NCBI GenBank assembly: GCA_963848295.1 | Contig: CAWKDB010000010.1 | Location: forward strand, 4,288,001 to 4,352,000 | Length of the DNA: 64,000 bases | Reading direction: 5' to 3' | Source: an uncultured delta proteobacterium | GTDB lineage: Bacteria > Myxococcota_A > Polyangia > Haliangiales > Haliangiaceae | Shown here: in pieces, positions 1 through 9,759 of the stretch | Layout: every line of letters starts with the position of its first letter | How positions within the stretch are numbered: position 1 is the first letter of the stretch | Program-made: the position numbers and the translations under genes | The notes under the pieces: generated by a model | Told to the model about the DNA's origin: nothing | The model's input: the letters and a program-made list of their open reading frames with translations, nothing else | Databases searched by the model: none

Positions 1-900
1 GCCGATCCGTTCTATAGCTGGTTTCTGGCGACCGCGAGCTTTACGACCCCGCCGGTACGCGCCGATCAGACGACGCCGGTGAAGGCGATGCGCGTGATCC
101 TCCACGCCGAAGACGATCTCGGCGCCACCACGAAGCCCGATGACGTGTTGCCGATTCCGGTCAGCGACGCACCGCCGGTGGTCGGCAAGCGCGCGGTCAG
201 CAACTACGGCTTCGTCATCGGCGCGCCGATCGAGCTCTACGCCTCGGTCAGCGATCCCGATGACGGCCCCGCGGCCGTCGGGCCGCTCGATTGGGTCGTG
301 TTCTCGCCGCCGACCCAGCCGAGCTACACGTTCACCGACCTCGGCGTCATCCCTCAACCCGATCCGACGATGATCCAGACCGGCAAAGAGCTCACGCCGA
401 TGGGCACGGGCATGTGGAGCGTCCAGATCACCGCGACCGATCCACTCGGCGCGATGAGCGCTCCCGCCGAGATCGACATGACGGTCGTCCAGGACCAGCC
501 GCCGTGCATCGCCGACGAATCGCCGCTCGCGCCACCCGCCGGCAGCTCGTACCCGATGACCGACCCGACGCTGTTCCAGGTCCCGGTCGTCACCGACGAC
601 CTCGACGTCTATCCGCCGGAGCCGAACGATCCGATCAAGGGCGTGACGACGTTCAGCTGGTCGATCCTGCCGCCCGGCGCGACGACGCGCCAACCACTCG
701 ACGGCATCACCGGCAACTCGGTCTCGCTCGATCCCGCGACCTACTCGCCGGGCGACATCATCGAGCTGCGCGTCGAGATCTCCGACCGAGACCCGGACCA
801 CGCGACGAGCTTGCTGCAGTGCGCCGACAGCGATCCGACGTGCTCGCTACAGTCCGACTCCTGCATCCAGCGCTTGACCTGGCGCATCGAGGCGTTATGA
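1..900 (+). CDS. 5'-truncated secreted Pro/Asp-rich protein with Ig/PKD-like beta-sandwich segments
   Basis: Frame is open from base 1. Contains WSVQITATDPLGA and FSWSIL strand motifs and a Cys-rich C-terminus (CADSDPTC..C..RLTW). Stop overlaps the next ATG (ATGA). Confidence 0.7.
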   Translation, partial: ADPFYSWFLATASFTTPPVRADQTTPVKAMRVILHAEDDLGATTKPDDVLPIPVSDAPPVVGKRAVSNYGFVIGAPIELYASVSDPDDGPAAVGPLDWVVFSPPTQPSYTFTDLGVIPQPDPTMIQTGKELTPMGTGMWSVQITATDPLGAMSAPAEIDMTVVQDQPPCIADESPLAPPAGSSYPMTDPTLFQVPVVTDDLDVYPPEPNDPIKGVTTFSWSILPPGATTRQPLDGITGNSVSLDPATYSPGDIIELRVEISDRDPDHATSLLQCADSDPTCSLQSDSCIQRLTWRIEAL

Positions 901-2660
901 CCGCGACCCGCTCGCTCATCGCGCTCGTCGCGCTGCTCGCCGCCTGCGGTGCGAGCGAGCTCTTCCCCGACAGCAACCCGGGCACCGACGCCACCTCGGG
1001 AGACGCGGGGTGCTCGACGTACCTCACGTTCGATCCGCAGGATCCGGTCGCCGGCCCGAGCACGAACGTGCGCGCGGTCGCGAACGCCCACGGCGCGCCC
1101 GGCGTCTTGAGCTATTCGTGGCAAGTCTCGCTCGAAGGCAACCAGGTCGATTTCACATACGCGTCAGGCGACGATTCGCAGATCAACTTCATCGCGTCGA
1201 CCGCGGGCGCGTACGACGTGCAAGTCGACATCGGCGCGGGCGCGTTCTGCCCGGTCGCCGAGAGCTTCCTCGATGTCTCCGCATCCGGCGCGAACACCGC
1301 GCAATATCGCCTGCGGGTCGTCGCGCCTCCGACCCAGCCCGCGCCTCCGCAGGAGCAAGACATCGAGGTCAGCGGCGGCGCGGACTTCGCGACCGCGGTG
1401 ACGCTCGACGGCGGCGTGACCGCGACCGGCCAGGTCCAGAACGGCGGCACCGGCGTGCCCGCGTTCTTGCGGTTCATGCCGACCGCGACGCCGCTTGCCG
1501 CGGTCGAGGCGTTCACCGACATCGACGGCAACTTCTCGGTGCTCGTGCTCGGGCAACCGCACGACGTGCTCGTGGTGCCGACCGTACCGGGCGTCGCGCC
1601 GCGCGTGATCCACGGCTGGATGCCGGCGAGCACGTTGCTGTCGGTCGATGCGGGCACCGCGGTGTCGGGGACGGTGAAAGATCCGAGCGGCGCGGCGCTC
1701 GCGAATGCGAAGGTCCAGCTGTCGATCGCGGGAACGCCGTCGACGTTGACCACGACCGATGCCGGCGGCAACTTCACGGTGCGCGCGGTGCCGGTCGCGG
1801 GTGCGCTCGTCGAGGTCGACGTCACGCCGCCGGCGGGCAAAGGCTTGCCGCGACTGGTCGCGACGTCGTCGGCGTTCGATCTCTCGCAGGCGATGGCGGT
1901 GAGGTACGCCGCGACGCTCGCGACCTGCGATCTCGCGGGCACGACGGTGAAGCGCGGCGCGACCAGCCTGGCGAACGCGCAAGTCGTGGTCGTCGGCCAG
2001 CTGGCGGCGATCGGAACGGTGACTGCAGGCGCGGCGGCAACCGCGTCCGGCTCCACCTCGATCGCTGCCAGCGCCGACGGCACCGGCAAGCTGCCGTCGA
2101 CGCTCGTGCCGAAGGCGCCGCTGTCCGCGGTCGTGTTCGTGACGAACGACGATCTCGCAGTCGCCTCGATCGATCTGTCGACGTGCGCGACGGTCGCGAT
2201 CAGCGCGCCGGCGATGATCGCCGCGACCGGCACGGTCAACGACTCGACCCAGGATGCGCTATCCGGCGTTCAGCTCGAGGCGGTGCCCGATGGTACGCTC
2301 GCGCTCGCCGGCGCGACGTCGATCGAAACGGCATCCGTCGCGGGCGGCGGATTCTCGCTCACGCTCGCGAGTGGCGGCCACTACGACGTGCACTTCGCCG
2401 ATCCCGCGGGCCGCGGTGCGCCGCTCGTCGCGACCAACGTCACCGCCGCGACCGTGCCCGCCGCCGCAGTCCTGCCCGCGGCGCTTCGGGTCAGCGGGAC
2501 GGTGAAGATCTCCGGCCAGCCGAACCCGGTGACCAGTGCGTCGGTCCAGATCTTGTGCGTCGGCTGCACCGGCATCGACCTCGAGCGGCCGATCGGCGAG
2601 ACGGCGACCGACCAGGCGGGAAAGTTCTCGGTCGCCGTTCCCGACCCGGGCGTGATGTAG
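897..2660 (+). CDS. Lipoprotein with a PKD-like domain and repeated carboxypeptidase-regulatory-like (Cna-B type) domains
   Basis: ATG at 897 gives a lipobox (LLAAC). Repeated VSGTVKD..G..LANAKV and TTTDAGGNFTV motifs. Confidence 0.8.
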   Translation: MTATRSLIALVALLAACGASELFPDSNPGTDATSGDAGCSTYLTFDPQDPVAGPSTNVRAVANAHGAPGVLSYSWQVSLEGNQVDFTYASGDDSQINFIASTAGAYDVQVDIGAGAFCPVAESFLDVSASGANTAQYRLRVVAPPTQPAPPQEQDIEVSGGADFATAVTLDGGVTATGQVQNGGTGVPAFLRFMPTATPLAAVEAFTDIDGNFSVLVLGQPHDVLVVPTVPGVAPRVIHGWMPASTLLSVDAGTAVSGTVKDPSGAALANAKVQLSIAGTPSTLTTTDAGGNFTVRAVPVAGALVEVDVTPPAGKGLPRLVATSSAFDLSQAMAVRYAATLATCDLAGTTVKRGATSLANAQVVVVGQLAAIGTVTAGAAATASGSTSIAASADGTGKLPSTLVPKAPLSAVVFVTNDDLAVASIDLSTCATVAISAPAMIAATGTVNDSTQDALSGVQLEAVPDGTLALAGATSIETASVAGGGFSLTLASGGHYDVHFADPAGRGAPLVATNVTAATVPAAAVLPAALRVSGTVKISGQPNPVTSASVQILCVGCTGIDLERPIGETATDQAGKFSVAVPDPGVM

Positions 2661-2670
2661 GATCGGGCGA

Positions 2671-3597
2671 ATGGTGCGCCCGGTGCTCGTCGCGATCGCG
2701 GTGGTCGCCGTTCTCGCGTCCGCGCGCGCGGGCTCCGCCGATCCGGCGCAGACGATCGCGCTGCTGCCGCTCGACGCGGCGCCGACGCTCGAGATCTACA
2801 GCCAACCCGTCGCGAGCGAGATCGCGCGCGCGCTGACCGCGGGCGGCCTCGAGGTCGCGGTGATCGGCGACCGGGCCGCGGTGCCCGAGCGCGCGCGGCT
2901 GATCGTCGACGGCACGATCACGGCCAAAGGCGACAACGTCGGGCTCGCCGTGCGGATCCGCGACCGGATCACCGGCACCGTGCTCCAGACCGTGACCGTC
3001 GCGACGTATCAGCGCAAGGACATCGAGCGCGCGATCGAAGACTTCGCCGGCCGCGTCGTGCCGGTCGTCAAGGCCCAGCTCGTCGCGGTCAAGACGCCTA
3101 CGATGCCGCGCGTCGATCGTCATGCGGTCACGATCGCGCCCGTGCCGGCGCCGCCGGGTCGGCTCGTCGCGATCATCCGCAGCGACGCGTCGTTCGCGAT
3201 CCTGAAGCGAGCATTGGCCACCGCGACGACCGATCTCGCGACCGAACATCATCGAACGTACGTCGCGATCGAGGACACGCTCGAAGCGGCCGCAGCAGAA
3301 CGCGCGCGCAAGGATCGCGAGCGCAGCGAGGTCGGGCTCGAGCTCGAGGTCTGGTCGTACGAAGTCGACGGCGAAGGCCTACCGACGGCGCGCGCCAAGG
3401 TCCACGCGACGTTCACCGACTGCACCGGGATCGCGTGGCAGCGCACGGTCGTGACCGATACGATCGTCGGCGAGCGCAACGGCGATCGCGACGAGCTCGC
3501 CGCTCGCACCGCGCGCGAGGTGCTGCAAGTCGTGCTGCCGCACGTCAAGCGCTTCCTCGATCCGGAGACGGCGTGTGTCCCGAAGGCGGGGCGATGA
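2671..3597 (+). CDS. Secreted hypothetical protein, CsgG/TolB-N-like alpha/beta domains
   Basis: Signal peptide; IALLPL...IVDGTI...LAVRIRD..TG.VL pattern. Confidence 0.65.
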   Translation: MVRPVLVAIAVVAVLASARAGSADPAQTIALLPLDAAPTLEIYSQPVASEIARALTAGGLEVAVIGDRAAVPERARLIVDGTITAKGDNVGLAVRIRDRITGTVLQTVTVATYQRKDIERAIEDFAGRVVPVVKAQLVAVKTPTMPRVDRHAVTIAPVPAPPGRLVAIIRSDASFAILKRALATATTDLATEHHRTYVAIEDTLEAAAAERARKDRERSEVGLELEVWSYEVDGEGLPTARAKVHATFTDCTGIAWQRTVVTDTIVGERNGDRDELAARTAREVLQVVLPHVKRFLDPETACVPKAGR

Positions 3598-4427
3598 GAG
3601 CCGCGGCCGTCCTCGCGCTCGCTCTCGGCTCCGCGATCGCCTCGGCGCAACCGGCGCCAACGCAACCGGCGGGTCCGGCACCGACGCCACCGCCAGCGCC
3701 CGCACCAAGGCCGCCTCCGGCCTTCGGCCCGGTGGATCCGCCGACCGCGTTGCGCGCGGCGAATGCCGCAGCCGCGGCGGGCGATTGGGCGCGAGTCGCA
3801 GCGCTCGTCGATCCGTTGATGCTGCGCCAGCTGACGCGCGCCGACAGCGCCGAAGCCCATCGCCTCGCCGGGCTCGCCGCGTTCTTCCAGCAGCGGATGA
3901 GCGATGCCGAGCGCCACTTCTTCGCGTACCTGCTGCTCGACCTCGACGGTCGGCTCGATCCCGCGCTGTACCCACCCGAGGTCGTGTCGTTCTTCGAAGA
4001 CGTTCGCGCGCGTCATGCCGCCGAGCTCCGCGCCCGCCGGCCGCAAGCGAAGCGCTACGCCATCCTGAATATCTTCCCGGTCGCCGCGCAGCTCCAGAAC
4101 GGCGAGCGCACGAAGGCCGCGATCATCGGTGGTGCGCTCGCCGCGTTCGCGATCGCCGACGTCGCGAGCTACTACGTGCTCCGGTCGTGGTGCACGAACG
4201 TCAGTGGCCCGAACGGCACGAGCGTCACGTGCGACGACACGCACAACCGCGATCGCGCCGCGAAAGATCTCGAAGCGGTCAACGCGGCAGCGCTTGTCGG
4301 CCTCGTACTCACCTACGCCTACGGCGTGTACGACGGCGTGTCGGTCTATCGCAGACACACGCGAGAGCAACAGGTCCAACCATTCGTCTCTCCAAGCGGC
4401 GTCGTCGGGATCTCCGGCCATTTCTAG
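3594..4427 (+). CDS. Secreted/membrane hypothetical protein (TPR-like helices, C-terminal hydrophobic segments)
   Basis: ATGA overlap with the upstream gene; signal peptide; LDPALYPPEVV motif; ends VVGISGHF. Confidence 0.7.
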   Translation: MRAAAVLALALGSAIASAQPAPTQPAGPAPTPPPAPAPRPPPAFGPVDPPTALRAANAAAAAGDWARVAALVDPLMLRQLTRADSAEAHRLAGLAAFFQQRMSDAERHFFAYLLLDLDGRLDPALYPPEVVSFFEDVRARHAAELRARRPQAKRYAILNIFPVAAQLQNGERTKAAIIGGALAAFAIADVASYYVLRSWCTNVSGPNGTSVTCDDTHNRDRAAKDLEAVNAAALVGLVLTYAYGVYDGVSVYRRHTREQQVQPFVSPSGVVGISGHF

Positions 4428-4533
4428 GCTGAGCCCGAGAAATGGGGTGTGGGGCCCATGGGCTGTCCACCACGCGACCTCGAGGCGATCGTCAACTGTC
4501 GCTCGTGGCCTGCGGTGTAGAGGCCGCTTTCCG

Positions 4534-4563
4534 TTGAGATCGGCTCAGTGCTTTGGATATGAT
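4534..4563 (+). promoter_or_regulatory. Putative sigma70-type promoter of the kinase gene
   Basis: TTGAGA-N18-TATGAT, ending 9 nt before GTG 4573. Confidence 0.4.
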
Positions 4564-4572
4564 TCACTTTGA

Positions 4573-7431
4573 GTGAGGCAGCCGGTCCCCTTCGGGAAGT
4601 ATCTGCTGCTCGACCGAATCAGCGTCGGCGGCATGGCGGAGGTCTTCAAGGCCAAGAGCTATGGCGTTGAAGGCTTCGAGAAGATCATCGCGATCAAGCG
4701 GATCTTGCCCACGATGGGCGAGGACCGCGACTTCATCAAGATGTTCATCGATGAAGCGAAGATCGCGGGTCAGCTCGCGCACGCGAACATCTGTCAGATC
4801 TTCGAGCTCGGTCGGATCGACGGCTCGCACTTCATCGCGATGGAGTTCATCTGGGGCAAGGACCTGCTCCAGATCCAGAACCGGCTGCGCAAGCTCAAGC
4901 AGGGCATGCCGGTCGCGACCGCCGCGTTCGTGCTCGCGAAGGTGCTCGAGGGTCTCGACTACGCGCACCGCAAGCGCGATCCGCTCGGCCGTCCGCTCGA
5001 GATCGTGCACCGCGACTGCTCGCCGCAGAACGTGCTCGTATCGTACGAAGGCGAAGTCAAGGTCATCGACTTCGGCATCGCCAAGGCGACGTCGCGCAAC
5101 TCGCGCACGATGGCCGGCGTGCTCAAAGGCAAGTTCGGCTACATGTCGCCGGAGCAGGTCCGCGGCCTGCCGCTCGATCGCCGCAGCGACATCTTCGCGC
5201 TCGGCACGATGTTGTTCGAGTGTCTGACCGGCGAGCGGCTGTTCGCGGGCGAAACCGATTTCTCGACGCTCGAGAAGGTGCGCAACGTCGACATCCAATC
5301 GCCGCGCACGATCAACCCGGACATCCCGGTCGAGGTCGAGCGCATCATCATGAAGGCGCTGTCGAAGGACGTCGACGAGCGCTACCAGTGGTGCAGCGAG
5401 ATGCTCGCCGATCTCCAGCAGTACCTGATGGGCGAGGACGTCGTGTTCACGGCGAAGTCGCTGTCGGGCTGGCTCAAGGATGTGTTCTCGACCGAGATCG
5501 AGCGCGAGCGCGCGCTGCTCGAGCAGTACAAGCGCGTCGGTCGCGATGGCTTGATCGCGGGCTTGCCGTCGGCGGAGGCCAAGCTCGATGTCGTCGAGCA
5601 CCTCGGCGCGGCGGGCATGCCGGAAGGCGATGCGACGACGCTGGGTGGTCCGAACTTCGACGACATCGAGCAAGCGACCAATTCTTCGCCCGAGGTCGGT
5701 CCGGCGCCGGGCTCGCCGGCTGCGCTCGGTCGAATCGGCGACGAAGGCGACTTCGGCGAGGAGCTCCCGACCGAGATCTTCGGCGAGGCCCACGACAGCG
5801 CTCCGACGTTCCAGCCCGAGCGCGCACCGTCGCCGCGCGGCCAGCCACCAACGACGAGGCCGCCGAGGCCACCGCCGGCTCGGCCGATCACCGCGCCGCG
5901 TCCAGATCCGATTCCGCCACGTGCGCCGGCCGGCTCGGTGCCGATGAGCGCGCCGCAGCAATCGCAACCGATGCCGCAGCAGCTGCACTCGCCCCCGCAA
6001 CCGATGCAACAGCCGGCGCCGATCGGCATGGGCTCGCAGCCTGGCCCGTACAATGCTCAGGGCACGTTTCAGCCGCACGTCGCCGCGCCGCAGTCATCGC
6101 CGCCGAGCGGCTATGCGGTCCAGAGCTACGTCTCGAATCCTTCGGCGCAGTTCGCGGCGCAGCAGCCGCAGTACGCGCAGTATCCTCAGAACCAGGTCCC
6201 GTCATCGCTCGCGACACCGCCGCCGCTCGTCGGAGTCGGGCTCAACCCAGCGTCGAATCGCACCGTGCTCGGGATGTCGGCGCCGATGGCGGCGCAGCCG
6301 AATCCGTACAACAACGGCTATGCCCAGCCACAACAACCGCAGCAGTACGCTGGCTACGCGGGCTATGCGCAGCAGGGCTATTCACCGCAAGGTCAGCCGC
6401 AGCAGGGCTACGGCATGCCGTACCAAGGCGGCCCCGCCTCGCCGGTCGACTCGCAAGCACAACCGGCGGTCGCGACCCCGCGCAAGTCGACGCTCGCGCG
6501 TGATATCGGCATCGGCGTGGCGATCGCGGCGCTGCTGCTCGTCGGCTTCCTCGCGCTCAAGCTGTTCGTGCTCGATGCCGACAGCCCGCCAGCCGCCACC
6601 GGGGCGCCACTCGCGACGGTCGAGATCGGGCTGCCGAACGGCGTCACCGCCGAGATGTACGTCGACGGCGTCAAGACGCTCGCCGCCGTCACCGACAAGG
6701 CCATGGTCCCGGTCACCGCGGGGGTGCGCAAGATCAAGTTGCTCGGCCCCGATGGCAAGTCGTGCGAGCAATCGCTCAAGCTCGAGCCCGGCAAGACCGC
6801 GGCATTTCCGTGCACCGGCCTCGCACCTCCAGCGGAACCCGCGACCGGCAGCGCGACGCCTGCGGCCGGCAGCGGCAGCGCAACGCCAGCGAGCACCGGC
6901 TCCGGCTCGGCGACCGCGGAAGCGACGAAGCCGGCCGATGCGGCGGCGCCGACGGCCGGTAGCGGCAGCGCGGCGCCAGCGGGCTCCGGCTCGTCGACCG
7001 TGGAAGCAGCGAAGCCGGTCGACACGAAGCCGGCTGACACCAAGCCGGCCGACACCAAGCCAGCCGACCACGCGATGCCCGCTGCTGCCGCGAAGCCGAT
7101 GACTACGACGGTCCAACATGCTTCGTCATCGGTCGCGTCGACCGTGCACCACGACGAGGTCCGACCGGCCAGGCCTGCGGACGTGGCAAAGCCCGCCGAC
7201 GTGCCGGCCGATTCGAGCGCGAAGGGCTACCTCCAAGTGTTCTCGAAGCCGTCTGCGAAGATCCTGATCGACGGCAAGGATTCCGGCCTGTCGACACCGA
7301 TCGCCGGCCGCGCGCTCTCGCTGCCAGTCGGCAAGCACAAGGTCAGCTTCGTGCTCGGCGAAGACAGCTACACCTATCCGGTCACGGTCGAAGCGGGTCA
7401 GACCGCCACGTTATCGCGCAACCTCGAATAG
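4573..7431 (+). CDS. Membrane Ser/Thr protein kinase with Pro/Gln-rich linker and C-terminal PEGA domain
   Basis: GGMAEVFKA, AIKRIL, HRDCSPQN, DFG and GKFGYMSPEQ motifs; TM helix (IGIGVAIAALLLVGFLAL); PEGA-like end (SKPSAKILIDGKD...TP...LPVGKH). Confidence 0.93.
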   Translation: MRQPVPFGKYLLLDRISVGGMAEVFKAKSYGVEGFEKIIAIKRILPTMGEDRDFIKMFIDEAKIAGQLAHANICQIFELGRIDGSHFIAMEFIWGKDLLQIQNRLRKLKQGMPVATAAFVLAKVLEGLDYAHRKRDPLGRPLEIVHRDCSPQNVLVSYEGEVKVIDFGIAKATSRNSRTMAGVLKGKFGYMSPEQVRGLPLDRRSDIFALGTMLFECLTGERLFAGETDFSTLEKVRNVDIQSPRTINPDIPVEVERIIMKALSKDVDERYQWCSEMLADLQQYLMGEDVVFTAKSLSGWLKDVFSTEIERERALLEQYKRVGRDGLIAGLPSAEAKLDVVEHLGAAGMPEGDATTLGGPNFDDIEQATNSSPEVGPAPGSPAALGRIGDEGDFGEELPTEIFGEAHDSAPTFQPERAPSPRGQPPTTRPPRPPPARPITAPRPDPIPPRAPAGSVPMSAPQQSQPMPQQLHSPPQPMQQPAPIGMGSQPGPYNAQGTFQPHVAAPQSSPPSGYAVQSYVSNPSAQFAAQQPQYAQYPQNQVPSSLATPPPLVGVGLNPASNRTVLGMSAPMAAQPNPYNNGYAQPQQPQQYAGYAGYAQQGYSPQGQPQQGYGMPYQGGPASPVDSQAQPAVATPRKSTLARDIGIGVAIAALLLVGFLALKLFVLDADSPPAATGAPLATVEIGLPNGVTAEMYVDGVKTLAAVTDKAMVPVTAGVRKIKLLGPDGKSCEQSLKLEPGKTAAFPCTGLAPPAEPATGSATPAAGSGSATPASTGSGSATAEATKPADAAAPTAGSGSAAPAGSGSSTVEAAKPVDTKPADTKPADTKPADHAMPAAAAKPMTTTVQHASSSVASTVHHDEVRPARPADVAKPADVPADSSAKGYLQVFSKPSAKILIDGKDSGLSTPIAGRALSLPVGKHKVSFVLGEDSYTYPVTVEAGQTATLSRNLE

Positions 7432-7465
7432 CCGGTCCCGACGCCGATCGATCGGCCCTCGGGCC
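7432..7465. terminator. Possible hairpin between convergent genes
   Basis: cccga-c-gccgat-cg-atcggc-cc-tcggg imperfect inverted repeat; no U-tract. Confidence 0.3.
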
Positions 7466-8061
7466 TACTTCGCTTCGTGCTGCTCGAGCTCGCGCAGCTT
7501 GGTCTCGAGCTCTTCGATCCGATCGGCGAGCGACTTGACGTCCTTGTTGACGCTCGCCCACGGCGAGATCGTCTGCGAGATGCCCTCGATCGCGCCGCGG
7601 ATCTTGCCGTCGACCTGCTTCTGCCACTCGTCGAGCCGACCCTTCGAGTGGTCGACCCACTCGCGCAGCGCCGCGACGCTCCGCCGCTTCTGGGCGGCTT
7701 CTTCGAGCACGGGATCGGGGTTCGTCGGCTCGGGCTCGGGCTCGGGCTCGTCGCCTTTGCGCTTGCCCGGCAAGATGCTCTGGACGCGGCGTTGCGCCTC
7801 CGCGAACCATTCGCCACCGCTCTGGATGATGTTGCGCATCGCGGCGAGCGGCAGGAAGCTGCGCTGCTTCTTTTCTTCTTCGAAGATGATCTGAGCGAGC
7901 GTGACCGTCGTCAGGTCTTCCTTGGTCTTGTTATCGACGATCTTGACGTCGTCCCCGGCGCGGATCATTTCGCTGATCTGATCGAGCGTCACGTACCGGC
8001 TGTGCTCGGTGTCGTAGAGCTTGCGGTTCGCGTAGCGCTTGATGATCCGAGTTTCCGGCAT
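7465..8061 (-). CDS. PhaR-like polyhydroxyalkanoate synthesis regulator DNA-binding domain protein
   Basis: IIKRYANRKLYDT..SRYVTL..I..MIR.G signature; AGGAG RBS before ATG 8061; coiled-coil C-terminus. Confidence 0.88.
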   Translation of the reverse strand: MPETRIIKRYANRKLYDTEHSRYVTLDQISEMIRAGDDVKIVDNKTKEDLTTVTLAQIIFEEEKKQRSFLPLAAMRNIIQSGGEWFAEAQRRVQSILPGKRKGDEPEPEPEPTNPDPVLEEAAQKRRSVAALREWVDHSKGRLDEWQKQVDGKIRGAIEGISQTISPWASVNKDVKSLADRIEELETKLRELEQHEAK

Positions 8062-8129
8062 GGCGCTCCTCAATGATTCCAACGTTATCACGCACCGCGC
8101 CATGGCCTCAACGTGCCAGAATCTTCGTC

Positions 8130-8891
<762 letters not shown>

Positions 8892-8955
8892 GCACCGAAG
8901 TGCCCCACAGATCGATCGGTATTCGGCGTCGCTCGCGAGTTAGCATCGGAGGCAC

Positions 8956-9333
8956 ATGCAGCGCATAACCCTAGTTGTCGGTGCGACGCTCGCCGCCTGT
9001 GGCGGCGGCGGCAGCAGCGACGCCGGAAAACCGATCGATGTTCTGGGCACCAGCATCGCTGTGGTCAGCTGCACCGGCAGCTCGCCCAACCGCACGATCT
9101 CGACCGATGACGACGATATGACCTACTCGCCGTCTGCGGTGACGATCCAGCCGGGCGAGATCGTCAAGTTCACGATGTCGAGCACGCACAACGTGACGCC
9201 AAACGCGACCGGCAGCGATCCAGCGATCGTCGTCCCATTCGGCGGGACGGTATGCATCACGTTCCCGAAGACCGGAACCTTCGGCTTCCACTGCTCGGCG
9301 CACAACTTCCAAGGCACCGTCACGGTGCAGTAG
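8956..9333 (+). CDS. Cupredoxin (plastocyanin/amicyanin-like) lipoprotein
   Basis: Lipobox [46 protein letters not shown]. Confidence 0.88.
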   Translation: MQRITLVVGATLAACGGGGSSDAGKPIDVLGTSIAVVSCTGSSPNRTISTDDDDMTYSPSAVTIQPGEIVKFTMSSTHNVTPNATGSDPAIVVPFGGTVCITFPKTGTFGFHCSAHNFQGTVTVQ

Positions 9334-9352
9334 GCGGCTGCGCCGGAGCGCG

Positions 9353-9639
9353 TTACTCCGCGGCTGCAGCGTCTTTTTCGGCGACTTCTTACGGCGAACG
9401 ACGACTTCTTCCCACTCCTCGTCGTCGTCCTCATCGGCGGCGTCGAGCTCTTTGGCGGCCTTGCCACCAGCGATGGCCTTGCCGCCTTTCTTGACCTCGA
9501 TTTCGTCGTCGCCGGCCGACGCTCGCTTGAAGTTCTTGATACTGCGGCCAAGCGCGTCGCCGATGCTCGGCAGCTTGTTAGCGCCGAACACGATCAACAC
9601 GATGACTAGAATGACGAGGAGCTCGGGCAACCCGGGCAT
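9353..9639 (-). CDS. tatA: Twin-arginine translocase TatA/E subunit (apparent 1-nt frameshift near 9385)
   Basis: [47 protein letters not shown]. Restoring one G gives [12 protein letters not shown] ending at TAA 9353. Confidence 0.85.
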
Positions 9640-9759
9640 GGGGTTTCTCCTTAATGACTTCGAGCACTTTAGCATCGATTTGCGGCCAGGCGCGGCCTTA
9701 CCGTCGAAACGCCGCCTGAAAACTTGGTGAAATCGACGGCTCGCGCCATCTTCGCCCTC

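Noticed and set aside
291..896. Extended N-termini given by the track for this and other genes (14745..16496, 34526..37336, 38972..40078)
   Set aside because: They overlap real upstream genes; signal peptides and stop/start overlaps indicate later starts.
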